Positions 62,881 through 64,000 of a stretch of 64,000 nucleotides of DNA are shown here, one piece after another; position 1 is the first letter of the stretch, and each line of letters opens with the position of its first letter. A program made the position numbers and the translations under genes. The notes under the pieces are model-generated. The model ran no database searches. It was not told the origin of the DNA and saw nothing but the letters and a program-made list of their open reading frames with translations. Origin of the DNA: Nymphaea colorata (lineage: Eukaryota); NCBI RefSeq assembly GCF_008831285.2, contig NC_045138.2:1240001-1304000 (forward strand), in the 5' to 3' direction.

Positions 62881-63268
62881 ATATATACATATATTAAAAA
62901 GCTGTAAATAAACCATAAATGCATGCAATGGCTATCGCGACGGTTTAAAAAAATAAACAATACAAAACAAGAAAGGGTGAGAAGAAGAAGATCATCATAC
63001 ATTGAGAAGACGGCGCCGGGAGGAAAAGCACAAGAACCTCCACGAACAAAGCGCCAGAAAATCGATACCTGAACCAGAAATCCTTCAAATACACAGGCTC
63101 AGAGCGTCGATTAAAACCCAAAACATGATTGGCGGTCACGCTACGTGAAAGAAAGGCATAAGTAAGACGAAAAGGAAGCAAACACATTTCAGCGCTTCAA
63201 CAAACACACTCGTAGAAAATCCTAAAACTTCAACGCTTTTTAGAGACAAAACACGGAACACAAAAAAA

Positions 63269-64000
63269 AACTTCCAAATTTCGCGCATTCTTTCTGTTCA
63301 GTAACAACAGTTCTTAAAGTTCTTAAAGCACACAGAAAGCAACCGAATAAAAGCAGCACCTCACAGAGCAAAGTAAACCAACGAGAGAGAGAGACAGAAC
63401 GATGCGCACCTCAGAGCTCCAATTAATGGCTTCCCTTGGAGTTAAAGAAGCCTGGAACAACTCAATCGTCAGAGAGAGGGAGAGAGAGAATTGAGATGTG
63501 AATGGGGCTTCTTACTCGACTATATAGGATGGAAGAGAATGAAATCGACAAGCAAGGTTGCAAATGCCACTATTTCATACTATGGTTTTTCACTTTAGGG
63601 AAAAGGGAAAAGTTAGATGATAAATCAAACCACAATTGGAAAGAATTTCGGCACCCATGGAGTATCAACCCTTATTTGGAGCACCTCACAGAGCTCCAAA
63701 TAGTGGCATTTGCAACCTTACTTGTCGATTTCATTCTCTTCCATCCTATATAGTCGAGTAAGAAGCCCCATTCACATCTCAATTCTCTCTCTGACGATTG
63801 AGTTGTTCCAGGCTTCTTTAACTCCAAGGGAAGCCATTGATTGGAGCTCTGAGGTGCGCATCGTTATCTCTCTCTCTCTCTCTCTCGTTGTTTTACTTTG
63901 CACTGTGAGGTGCTGCTTTTATTCGGTTGCTTTCTGTGTGCTTTAAGAACTTTAAGAACTGTTGTTACTGAACAGAAAGAATGCGCGAAATTTGGAAGTT
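63269..64000. repeat. Inverted repeat 5 (arms 63269-63575 / 63698-64000, continues off window): head-to-head promoter, 5'UTR exon and intron start
   Basis: Reverse-complement arms. CTATATAG (~63747), CT-rich leader, donor-like GAG|GTGCGC (~63854). Confidence 0.95.

Noticed and set aside
5835..64000. Inverted repeats as assembly or chimeric-read artefacts
   Set aside because: Arms differ by many substitutions and indels and have distinct loops with fillers, whereas artefactual fold-backs would be near-identical. Long reads should still confirm this

Overview
AT-rich flowering-plant nuclear DNA (spliceosomal introns, (AG)n/(TA)n microsatellites, Ty1/copia elements, MITEs). I find no intact protein-coding gene. 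The window is a rearranged mosaic of host-gene fragments mixed with TE debris. The fragments are a truncated CC-NBS resistance gene, a DUF4408-like gene, about seven pieces of an F-box gene, the 3' half of an HMGB gene, two GH19 chitinase copies and several orphan TATA/5'UTR cassettes. The TE debris includes three copia remnants, a solo LTR, gypsy-like LTR remains and MITEs. The most striking structure is five diverged fold-back inverted repeats built from non-TE sequence: 5.8-7.0, 30.3-31.5, 32.5-34.2, 57.3-58.6 and 63.3-64.0 kb. Several have borrowed promoters pointing into them, which makes this a candidate hairpin-RNA/siRNA cluster. I can also reconstruct an ~8.7 kb segmental duplication (solo LTR versus near-full element at the same site), a ~9.4 kb inversion that split a copia element and an F-box gene, and a circularly permuted ~570 bp copy. 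All alignments were made by eye, so coordinates may be off by a few bases. Expression and function are inference only.
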